A DNA stretch of 13,260 nucleotides from Candidatus Methylomirabilia bacterium (GTDB lineage Bacteria > Methylomirabilota > Methylomirabilia > Rokubacteriales > CSP1-6), in assembly GCA_041497895.1 (NCBI GenBank), contig JBGQHJ010000132.1, positions 1-13,260 of the forward strand, written 5' to 3'. Position numbers and translations under genes: made by a program. The notes beneath the pieces were generated by a model that had not been told where the DNA came from, made no database searches, and was given only the letters and a program-made list of their open reading frames with translations. Below are positions 1 through 7,623 of the stretch, one piece after another. Position 1 is the first letter of the stretch. The number at the start of each line of letters is the position of its first letter.

Positions 1-1426
1 CACCGAGGGCATGAAGGGCTCCCTGATCAGCCGGGAGGTCGTGGCCGACTCGGTGGAGCTGGTGGCGCGCAGCCACATGTTCGACGGCATCGTGACCATC
101 TCCGGCTGCGACAAGACCATCCCGGCGATGACCATGGTGCTCGGCCGGCTCGACATCCCGGCCCTCATGCTCTACTGCGGCTCGATCATGTTCGGGCGCT
201 GTGTCGGCACCGAGGGGCCGTTCGCCGGCCGCAACCTCACGATCCAGGACGTCTTCGAGGCGCTCGGCGCCTACAACGCGGGGAAGATCCCGCTCGAGCA
301 GTTCAAGGACGTGGAGGACCACGCCTGTCCCGGCGCGGGCGCGTGCGGCGGCCAGTTCACTGCCAACACCATGGCCACCGCCTACGAGATGCTCGGCGTG
401 TCGCCGATGGGCTGGAACGACATCCCGGCCGTCGACCCGCGCAAGGAGGAAGTGGCCTTCGAGTCCGGCAAGCTCGTGATGGACCTCCTGCGCAAGGGCG
501 TCACCCCGCGCTCGCTCATCACCCGCAAGAGCTTCGAGAACGCCATCAGCGGGGTCATGGCCACCGGCGGCTCCACCAACGCGGTGCTGCACCTGCTGGC
601 GACCGCGCGCGACTTCGGGATCAAGCTCGCCATCGACGACTTCGACCGCATCTCGCGCAAGACGCCGGTGCTCGCCGACCTGAAACCCTGGGGGAGCTAC
701 ACCGCGCCCGAGATGTACGACGCGGGCGGCATGGCGGTGGTGGGCAAGCGGTTGCTGGAGGCGGGCCTGCTGCACGCCTCCGAGAAGACGGTCACCGGCC
801 GCACCATCGGCGAGGAGGTGAAGGCGGCCGCCGAACCCGCGGGCCAGCAGGTGATCAAGCCGCTCGCGAAGGCGCTCAAGTCGGAGGGCGGGATCGCGAT
901 CCTGCGGGGCAACCTGGCCCCGGACGGCTGCGTGATCAAGCTCTCGGGCCAGAAGAAGTACGCCCACCGCGGGCCCGCGCGGGTGTTCGAGCGCGAGGAG
1001 GACGCCTTCCAGGCGGTCAAGAAGGGCAAGATCAAGCCAAACGACGTGATCGTCATCCGCTACGAGGGCCCCAAGGGCGGGCCGGGCATGCGCGAGATGC
1101 TGCACGTCACCGGCGCGCTGCAGGGGGCCGGGCTGGGGGAGAGCGTCGCGCTCATGACCGACGGTCGCTTCTCGGGCGCCACCCACGGCTTCATGATCGC
1201 CCACATCGTGCCCGAGGCGGCCGACCGCGGCCCGATCGCGGCCATCAAGAGCGGCGACATCATCAACATCGACGTGAAGAAGCGGCGCCTGGACATGGAG
1301 GTGCCGGTCGGCGAGATCCGGAAGCGGCTGGCCAAGTGGAAGGCGCCCAAGCCGCGCAACACGACCGGCGTCTTCGCCAAGTATGCGAAGACGGTGGCCC
1401 ACGCCTCCGTCGGCGCCTATACATAG
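1..1426 (+). CDS. ilvD: Dihydroxy-acid dehydratase, 5'-truncated by the window
   Basis: The frame is open from base 2 (TEGMKGSLISREVVADS, matching the IlvD MGTEGM-x-x-SL-x-SRE motif), so the ATG at 11 is internal. It has the motifs GCDKT, CPGAGACGGQFTANTM, GGSTNAVLHL, GNLAPDG, RYEGPKGGPGMREM and TDGRFSG. Stop TAG at 1424-1426. Confidence 0.96.
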   Translation, partial: TEGMKGSLISREVVADSVELVARSHMFDGIVTISGCDKTIPAMTMVLGRLDIPALMLYCGSIMFGRCVGTEGPFAGRNLTIQDVFEALGAYNAGKIPLEQFKDVEDHACPGAGACGGQFTANTMATAYEMLGVSPMGWNDIPAVDPRKEEVAFESGKLVMDLLRKGVTPRSLITRKSFENAISGVMATGGSTNAVLHLLATARDFGIKLAIDDFDRISRKTPVLADLKPWGSYTAPEMYDAGGMAVVGKRLLEAGLLHASEKTVTGRTIGEEVKAAAEPAGQQVIKPLAKALKSEGGIAILRGNLAPDGCVIKLSGQKKYAHRGPARVFEREEDAFQAVKKGKIKPNDVIVIRYEGPKGGPGMREMLHVTGALQGAGLGESVALMTDGRFSGATHGFMIAHIVPEAADRGPIAAIKSGDIINIDVKKRRLDMEVPVGEIRKRLAKWKAPKPRNTTGVFAKYAKTVAHASVGAYT

Positions 1427-1431
1427 CTCGT

Positions 1432-1484
1432 CCCCCCCTCACCCTGCCCTCTCCCCTCAGGGGAGAGGGCAGGGTGAGGGGGGG
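1432..1484. repeat. Perfect 53-bp inverted repeat (26-bp arms around one central C); REP/BoxC-like extragenic palindrome between convergent genes
   Basis: Left arm 1432-1457 ccccccctcaccctgccctctcccct is the exact reverse complement of right arm 1459-1484 aggggagagggcagggtgaggggggg. The ORF track reads the same peptide PPLTLPSPLRGEGRVRGG through it on both strands. Confidence 0.93.
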
Positions 1485-1504
1485 TGCAAGGCGACGGAGT
1501 ACGT

Positions 1505-3541
1505 CTACTCCAGCCGGATATCCAGCCACCCCTGGCGGGTGACGACCGCCCGCTCCCGCGCGCGGATCAGCACCGTGGTCGTCGCCGACTCGAAAATCGC
1601 TGGCCCCTTCACCTCCTGGCCCTCGGCCAGGCCGTCCATGTCGTGGACCGGGATCTCCATCCATCGCCCGAGGTAGACGCGTCGGCTCCGGGGCGCGGCG
1701 GGCGCCACCGCGCGCCGCTCGGGCTCGGCCGGTAGCGCGGGCAGGCGGCCGATCACCGCGGCCCGCACGTTCACCAGCACCACATCCTGCCCGGGGGCGC
1801 TGTAGGTGTAGAGCTCCTCGTGGCGCCGGTGGAAGCGCTCGACCACCTGGGACATGAGATCCTTCGCCTCCATGTCGACCCCGTCGAGCGACACCTGGAT
1901 CTCGAAGGTCTGCTCGCCGTAGCGCATGTCCACCGAGCGGCGCACGTCGATCTGGCCCGCGAAGGTCTTGCCGAGTCGCCGCCGCCCCTCGGTCTCCATG
2001 TCCGCGAAGAGTCGGCGCAGGCGTGCCGCGCCGACGTGCCCGGCCTCGCCCACGTGGGTGCGCACGAACTCGTAGCGCAGGTCGGTGGCCAGCATGCCCC
2101 ACGCCGAGAGCACCGACGCCACCCGTGGCACCACCACCCGGCCGATCTCGAGCATGCGCGCGACCTCGGTGATGTGGAGTCCCGCCGCGCCGCCGAAGGA
2201 GAGCAGCGCGAAGCGCCGCGGATCGGCGCCGCGGCGGACCGAGACCAGCCGGATACCCTCTGCCATGTTGGTGTTCACCACGCGATGGACGCCTTCCGCC
2301 GCGGCCATCACGTCCAGGCCGAGCCGGCGCGCGACCGCTTCCACCGCCACGCGCGCCGCCTTCGGATCGAGCCGGGCGCGCCCGCCGAGGAAGCCCGCGG
2401 GGTCGAGCAGCCCGAGCACGAGATTGGCGTCGGTGACGGTGGCCGCGGTGCCGCCGCGGCCGTAGCAGGCCGGCCCGGGCGCGGCGCCCGCGCTCTCCGG
2501 GCCGACGTGGAGAATCCCACCGGCGTCCACCCGGGCGATCGAGCCGCCCCCCGCGCCCAGGGTGTGGATGTCGATGCTCGGCAGCGCGACCCGGCTCGCC
2601 CCCACCGCCTTGTCGCCGGTGAGGTGCGGCTCCCCGCCCTCCAGCAGCGCGATATCGGTGCTGGTACCGCCCATGTCGAAGGTGATCAGGTTGCCCTCGC
2701 CGAGGAGCCGCGCGGCGTGGCGGCTGCCCGCGATGCCGCCCGCGGGACCCGAGAGCACCGCCCCCGCGGCGAGGCGCACCGAATCCGCGATGGTGGCCAC
2801 GCCCCCGTGCGACTGCATGATCAGCACGTCGCCGCGGTAGCCCGCCTTCTGCAGGCGTGACCCCAGGCTGCCGAGATACCGCGCGAGCACCGGGCCGACG
2901 TAGGCGTTGACCGCGGTGGTACAGAACCGCTCGTACTCCTTGATCTGGGCGAGCACGTCGGAGGACAGCGATACGTAGGCGTCCGGCAGCAGCCGCGCGA
3001 GCAGCCTGCGCGTCTCCCGCTCGTGACGCGGATCGCGATACGAGTGCAGATAGCAGACCGCCACCGCGCCCACCCCCGCGGCGCCGAGCCGGCGGATGGC
3101 CGCCTCCGCGGAGGTCTTCGAGAGCGGCGTCTCCACCGTCCCGTCGAAGCGCATCCGCTCCGTCACGTCGAGCCGGCGGGCCCGCGGCACCAGCGGCACC
3201 GGAGGCGGCATCCTCAGGTTGTAGCGATCGTCCTTGAGCCCCTCGCGCATCTCGATGACGTCGCGGTGCCCCGCGGTGGTCAGCATGCCGACCGTCGCGC
3301 CCTTCCGCTCGAGCAGCGCATTGGTGGCCACCGTGGTGCCGTGCACCACCAGCCCGGTGTCGGCCAGGAGCCCGGCGAGGTCGGTCTGAAGCTCGGCGGC
3401 GAGCAGAACCAGCCCGTCCATGACCCCGATGGATGGATCGGCGGGGGTGGAGGCCGACTTGGCGAGGGTCACGCGGCCCGCGTCGTCCACGCCCACCAGG
3501 TCCGTGAACGTGCCGCCCACGTCGATGCCGACCCGGAGCAC
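1505..3541 (-). CDS. Hydantoinase/oxoprolinase family A (ATP-binding) subunit, HyuA-like, about 678 aa
   Basis: Motifs GIDVGGTFTD, HGTTVATNAL, SGPAGG, DMGGTSTD, GAGGGSIA, GPESAGAAPGPACYGRGG and TVTDANLVLG. Start reassigned from the track's 3733 to the GTG at 3541-3539, 1 nt after the B-subunit stop and 7 nt after a GGGAGG Shine-Dalgarno-like sequence. Confidence 0.93.
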   Translation of the reverse strand: MLRVGIDVGGTFTDLVGVDDAGRVTLAKSASTPADPSIGVMDGLVLLAAELQTDLAGLLADTGLVVHGTTVATNALLERKGATVGMLTTAGHRDVIEMREGLKDDRYNLRMPPPVPLVPRARRLDVTERMRFDGTVETPLSKTSAEAAIRRLGAAGVGAVAVCYLHSYRDPRHERETRRLLARLLPDAYVSLSSDVLAQIKEYERFCTTAVNAYVGPVLARYLGSLGSRLQKAGYRGDVLIMQSHGGVATIADSVRLAAGAVLSGPAGGIAGSRHAARLLGEGNLITFDMGGTSTDIALLEGGEPHLTGDKAVGASRVALPSIDIHTLGAGGGSIARVDAGGILHVGPESAGAAPGPACYGRGGTAATVTDANLVLGLLDPAGFLGGRARLDPKAARVAVEAVARRLGLDVMAAAEGVHRVVNTNMAEGIRLVSVRRGADPRRFALLSFGGAAGLHITEVARMLEIGRVVVPRVASVLSAWGMLATDLRYEFVRTHVGEAGHVGAARLRRLFADMETEGRRRLGKTFAGQIDVRRSVDMRYGEQTFEIQVSLDGVDMEAKDLMSQVVERFHRRHEELYTYSAPGQDVVLVNVRAAVIGRLPALPAEPERRAVAPAAPRSRRVYLGRWMEIPVHDMDGLAEGQEVKGPAIFESATTTVLIRARERAVVTRQGWLDIRLE

Positions 3542-3542
3542 C

Positions 3543-5204
3543 TCAGGCCCTCCCGCGCTTCGGCCGGCCCGAGACGAAGCCGTTGGCGCGGTCGGCGACG
3601 CGGGCCTCGGGCGAGCGCTTGGCGGGTGGACCGTAGCCGCCGCCGCCCATGGACTCCACCAGGAACATCGCCCCGGGCGGGATCGGCACGCCCACCTCCT
3701 TGGTCTTGAGCACGCGGGTCTTGCCGCGCGCAATCATCCGGTAGCGATGGGGCAGCCCGTCCCGGCCGCCCAGCACCCCGTAGGCCGGGTGGCGGACGCC
3801 GTCGCCCGCGGTGTTGCCCAGCGCGGGCTCGGTGGTCTCCATGCGCAGCTCGAGCACCGACCCCACGCCGCCCCGGAACTGCCCGTCGCCCGCGGAGTCG
3901 GGGCGGAACTCGTGGCGCTTGAAGAAGAGCGGAAAGCGCGTCTCCGCGACCTCGACCGAGCCGAACTTGATGCCGCCCGCGGCCTGGCCCTCGCCGGCGG
4001 TCTCCCACCCGTCGCCCGCCGAGGACGCCCCACCGCCGCCGCGCGCGTGGAAGAGGTGCCAGATGAACTTGCGCCGCGTCCGCGGGTTCGTGCCCGAGAT
4101 CGCGATGCGGAAGCGGCGCGACCAGCCCGCGAGCACCCGGTCCGGGCAGCTCCGGGCGAGGGCCTTGATCATCGCCTCCGCGATCTCCTGCGCGCAGTGG
4201 TTGGTCGACAGCGTCACCGGCGCGGGCGGGTAGGGCCAGACCACCGTCCCTTCCTTGGCCTTCACGGTCACCGGGCGGAACGTCCCCTCGTTCTTCGGCG
4301 TGCGCGGGTCGATCAGGTAGGCCAGCGCCATGTGCACCGCGGACATGGTGTTGGGGAAGGCCGAGTTGATGAAGCCGGTCACCTGCGCGTGCGAGTCGGA
4401 GAGATCGACGGTGAGCGAATCGCCCTTCTTGGTGACGGTGGCGCGGATGTGGACGTCGCGGGCGCCGTGCCCGTCGTCGTCGAGGATGGCCTCGCCCTTG
4501 AAGACCCCGTCCTTCCAGCTCCGGATGCACTCGCGACTCTGGCGCTCCGCCCCGTCGAGGATCTCGCCGATGGTCTCGAGCACGGTCTCGAGCCCGTACT
4601 CGTCCACCAGCTTCAGGAGCCGGCGCTCGCCGATGCGCGCCGACCCCATCATCGCCCGCAGGTCGCCCTGGAAGTCGCGCGGATGCCGCACGTTGGTCGC
4701 CACCATCTGGAGCACGTCGTCGCGCAGTAGGCCCCGGTCGTAGAGCTTGAGCGGGGTGATCCGGATGCCCTCCTGCCAGATCTCGGTGGCGCCCGGGTTG
4801 TAGGCCCCGTGGGTGGCGCCGCCGATGTCGTGCTGGTGCGCGCGGTTGATCGACCAGAAGACCGGCCGGTCGCCCACGAAGACCGGCAGCAGCACGGTGA
4901 GATCGGGCAGGTGATTGTTGCCGTGGTAGGGATCGTTCAGGAGGAAGAGGTCGCCCGGGGCGATCCGCCCCTTGAAGAAGTCGGCCACCGACGCCACCGC
5001 CCAGGGCAGGGCGCCCACGTGGATGGGCACGTGCTCGGCCTGCGCCGCGAGCCGGCCCTGGCCGTCGAACACCGCGGTGGAGAAGTCGCGGCTCGAGTTC
5101 AGGATCTGCGAGTAGGCGGTGCGCAGCATGGCCTCGCCCATCTCCTGCACGATCGACTCGAGGCGGTGCTGGATCACCGAGACGGTGATTCGATCGGGGC
5201 GCAT
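3543..5204 (-). CDS. Hydantoinase B/oxoprolinase family subunit, HyuB-like, about 553 aa
   Basis: C-terminal part of track ORF 3543..7331: EMGEAMLRTAYS...RDFSTAVFD, HVPIHVG, NDPYHGNNHLPD, AHQHDIGG, EIWQEG, DSAGDGQFRGG and GGGGYG. The ATG at 5204 is preceded by AGGAGGT at 7-nt spacing. An alternative in-frame GTG at 5231 overlaps the upstream stop (GTGA). Confidence 0.93.
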   Translation of the reverse strand: MRPDRITVSVIQHRLESIVQEMGEAMLRTAYSQILNSSRDFSTAVFDGQGRLAAQAEHVPIHVGALPWAVASVADFFKGRIAPGDLFLLNDPYHGNNHLPDLTVLLPVFVGDRPVFWSINRAHQHDIGGATHGAYNPGATEIWQEGIRITPLKLYDRGLLRDDVLQMVATNVRHPRDFQGDLRAMMGSARIGERRLLKLVDEYGLETVLETIGEILDGAERQSRECIRSWKDGVFKGEAILDDDGHGARDVHIRATVTKKGDSLTVDLSDSHAQVTGFINSAFPNTMSAVHMALAYLIDPRTPKNEGTFRPVTVKAKEGTVVWPYPPAPVTLSTNHCAQEIAEAMIKALARSCPDRVLAGWSRRFRIAISGTNPRTRRKFIWHLFHARGGGGASSAGDGWETAGEGQAAGGIKFGSVEVAETRFPLFFKRHEFRPDSAGDGQFRGGVGSVLELRMETTEPALGNTAGDGVRHPAYGVLGGRDGLPHRYRMIARGKTRVLKTKEVGVPIPPGAMFLVESMGGGGYGPPAKRSPEARVADRANGFVSGRPKRGRA

Positions 5205-5227
5205 GCGGGGCACCTCCTGGATGCGGG

Positions 5228-7549
5228 TCACCGCCCCCGGCGGGCGGTCGCCAGGGCCTGCCACACCCGCGCGGGCGTGACCGGGACCTGCAGCACGTCG
5301 GCGCCCCGCGAGTGGAGCGCGTCCTCCACCGCGTTCGCGATCGCGGCGGGCGGGGCGATGATCGCACTCTCGCCCACGCCCTTGATCCCGAGGTCGTTGC
5401 GGGTGGAGGGGAACGCCAGGCTGCGCGTCTCGAAGTCGGGCAGGTCGGCCGCGGAGGGGATCGCGTAGTCCATCAGGCTGCCGGTGAGCAGCTGGCCGTC
5501 GCGGTCGTAGAGCAGGTCCTCCATCAGCGCGGTGCCGATCCCGCCCGCGAGACCCCCGTGCAATTGGCCGTCTACGATCATCGGATTGATGGCCCGCCCG
5601 CAGTCGTGGGCGGCCAGGTACCGGAGGATCCGCACGCGCCCGGTCTCCACGTCCACCTCGACCGCGCACGCCTGGGCGCCGAAGGCGAAGGTCACGGTCT
5701 CGGGCGCGAAGTAGCCGCACGCCTGGAGCCCGGGCCGCGCCTCGCGCAGCAGGGTCTTGCTCCGCACCGCGGCCCGCGCCAGGTCCGCCAGGGCGACACC
5801 GCGCTGGGGCATCCCCGCCACGTGCGCGCGTCCCTGGGCCAGCACCACGTCGGCCGCCGCGCACTCGAGCATCTCCGCGGCCACCACGCGCGCCTTGCCC
5901 GCAACCTCGCGCGCGGTGCGCGCCACCGACGGCCCCGCGTTGGCCGCGACCCGGCTGCCCCCGGTGCCGTTGCCGTAGGGCAGCAGCGTGGTGTCGGCCG
6001 CGACCACGAAGACGCGGTCCGGGTCCACCCCGAGCTCGGCGGCCGCGATCTGGGCCATCGTGGTCTCGTGCGACTGGCCCTGGGACGAGACCCCGATGTG
6101 GACATGCACCGCGCCGGTCCCGTCGATGCGAACGTCGGCGCTCTCGAAGGGCCCGACCCCGGTGCCCTGCACGTAGGCCGCGAGCCCGACCCCGATCGGG
6201 CGCGCGCCCGCGGCGGACTCGCGCTGCCGGCGCCGCCAGCCCTCGTAGTCGAAGTCGGCGAGGAGCCGATCGAAGCTGCCGAGGTAGTCGGCCGGATCGT
6301 ACGAGACCGGGGTGCCGTCCCGGTAGACGAGCCCGGTGCGGTAGGGCATCTCGTCCGCCCGGACCATGTTCCGGCGTCTCAGCTCGGCCGGGTCCATGCC
6401 GAGCGCGCGGGCCCCGCGGTCGAGGAGCCGCTCGAGGACGAAGTTGGCCTCGGGCCGGCCCGAGCCCCGGTACGCGGCGCCGAACACGGCGTGGGTCACC
6501 ACGTTGCTCGCGGTCACCTCGAGGCTCGGGATGCGATAGGGGCCGGGCAGGTGGTTGATGGTGTTCCGGGTCACCACCTCCCCGCTCGCGACATACGCAC
6601 CGTGCTCCCGCGTGAACCGCGTCGCCAGTGCCGCGATATTCCCCTCCCGCGTGAGCCCCAGCCGGGCCACGTGCCGCTGTCCGCGGTCGGGCGAGGCGGT
6701 GAGGAAGTGCTCGCGCCGCGACTCGGTCCACTTCACCGGCCGGCCGAGCCGCCGCGCCGCCGCGGCCACGATCAGGTCCTCGGCGTAGGCGTGCCCCTTG
6801 ATCCCGAAGCCTCCGCCGGTGTCCATCACCACCACGCGCACCTGCTCCTCGTTGAGACCGAGCGCCCCCGCAATCACCCCGCGCAGGCCGTACGGGCTCT
6901 GGCTCGACGTCCAGAGCGTCAGGCGGCCGTCCGGCCCCTCGGGAGTCGCGACGATCCCGCGCGTCTCGATCGGCACGCCGTGGACCCGGGCCAGGCCGAG
7001 CGCGGCCTCGACCACCACGTGAGCCGACGCGAATGCCGCATCGGGATCGCCCACCCGCGCGGTGGAGAGCCCGGCCACGTTGTCCGGCCAGGACTCGAAC
7101 ACGCGGGGCGCGGCCGGCTCGAGCGCGGCCTCCACGGTGCCCACCGCGGGCAGCGGCTCGTAGTCGACGCGCACCGCGGCCGCGGCGTCGGCCGCCGTGT
7201 AGGGATCCTCGGCCACCACCGCCGCCACCACCTCGCCCACGTAGCGCACCAGGGGATCCGCGAACACCGGCTGCTCGGTCGCGCGGAAGCCCGCCGGCGC
7301 CGCGATCGAGGGCGGGATGGGCTTGGCGCACTCCGGGAGATCGCGCGCGGTGTAGACCGCGACCACGCCCTCCATCGCGCGCGCCGAGACCGTGTCGACA
7401 CCGCGGACGCGCGCGTGCGCGTGGGGGCTACGCACGAAGGCCGCGTGCACCATGCCGGAAAACCGGAGATCCTCGACGTAGCGGCCGCGGCCGGTGATGA
7501 GGCGCTGATCTTCCTTGCGACGGAGCGGGGCGCCGAACGGGCTGTCCAT
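5228..7549 (-). CDS. Xanthine dehydrogenase family molybdopterin-binding large subunit (CoxL/CutL form II-like; not form I CO dehydrogenase), about 773 aa
   Basis: N-terminal G-x-x-x-x-R-x-ED-x-RL-x-TG-x-G-x-YV-x-D, VRSPHAHAR, DTGGGFGIKG, active-site loop AYRGSGRPE, SQGQSHET, GTGGSR, DCGRAINP-x-IVDGQ-x-HGG and GIKGVGE. The ATG at 7549 is preferred because family similarity begins there; a TTG at 7612 is an alternative. Confidence 0.92.
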   Translation of the reverse strand: MDSPFGAPLRRKEDQRLITGRGRYVEDLRFSGMVHAAFVRSPHAHARVRGVDTVSARAMEGVVAVYTARDLPECAKPIPPSIAAPAGFRATEQPVFADPLVRYVGEVVAAVVAEDPYTAADAAAAVRVDYEPLPAVGTVEAALEPAAPRVFESWPDNVAGLSTARVGDPDAAFASAHVVVEAALGLARVHGVPIETRGIVATPEGPDGRLTLWTSSQSPYGLRGVIAGALGLNEEQVRVVVMDTGGGFGIKGHAYAEDLIVAAAARRLGRPVKWTESRREHFLTASPDRGQRHVARLGLTREGNIAALATRFTREHGAYVASGEVVTRNTINHLPGPYRIPSLEVTASNVVTHAVFGAAYRGSGRPEANFVLERLLDRGARALGMDPAELRRRNMVRADEMPYRTGLVYRDGTPVSYDPADYLGSFDRLLADFDYEGWRRRQRESAAGARPIGVGLAAYVQGTGVGPFESADVRIDGTGAVHVHIGVSSQGQSHETTMAQIAAAELGVDPDRVFVVAADTTLLPYGNGTGGSRVAANAGPSVARTAREVAGKARVVAAEMLECAAADVVLAQGRAHVAGMPQRGVALADLARAAVRSKTLLREARPGLQACGYFAPETVTFAFGAQACAVEVDVETGRVRILRYLAAHDCGRAINPMIVDGQLHGGLAGGIGTALMEDLLYDRDGQLLTGSLMDYAIPSAADLPDFETRSLAFPSTRNDLGIKGVGESAIIAPPAAIANAVEDALHSRGADVLQVPVTPARVWQALATARRGR

Positions 7550-7558
7550 GCGGGCCGG

Positions 7559-7564
7559 AGTATA
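7559..7564 (-). promoter_or_regulatory. Putative sigma70 -10 element (TATACT) for the Mo-hydroxylase/hydantoinase unit, near-leaderless
   Basis: The minus strand reads tgcggTATACTccggcccgcATG: an AT-rich hexamer 9 nt before the ATG at 7549 in GC-rich DNA, with no SD between them. No good -35 match. Confidence 0.55.
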
Positions 7565-7585
7565 CCGCAGTCGCCCGTCGACGAT

Positions 7586-7615
7586 TTGACAGCGGTGCAC
7601 CGCGTGGGCCAAAGT
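7586..7615 (+). promoter_or_regulatory. Putative sigma70 promoter TTGACA-N18-CAAAGT for the acyl-CoA ligase, with a 12-bp palindrome in the spacer
   Basis: Consensus TTGACA at 7586-7591; weak -10 CAAAGT at 7610-7615, 8 nt before the GTG at 7624; gcggtgcaccgc (7592-7603) is self-complementary. Confidence 0.45.
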
Positions 7616-7623
7616 CGTCCTCC

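Noticed and set aside
1..216. 9-nt match caccgaggg at 1-9 and 208-216 (TEG twice in IlvD)
   Set aside because: Too short to distinguish from chance in GC-rich coding DNA.
1432..1484. Palindrome as a classical intrinsic terminator or a CRISPR repeat
   Set aside because: There is no U-tract on either strand, only one copy in the window, and no spacers or cas genes.
3543..7331. 1262-aa ORF suggesting a large N-terminal fusion to hydantoinase B
   Set aside because: The first ~709 residues are low-complexity Arg/Gly/Ala/Pro from an alternative frame of the Mo-subunit gene. The real start at 5204 has a strong AGGAGGT.
5228..7549. Aerobic CO dehydrogenase (coxL form I)
   Set aside because: It lacks the AYRCSFR Cu-ligand motif, and no coxM, coxS or cox accessory genes are adjacent.
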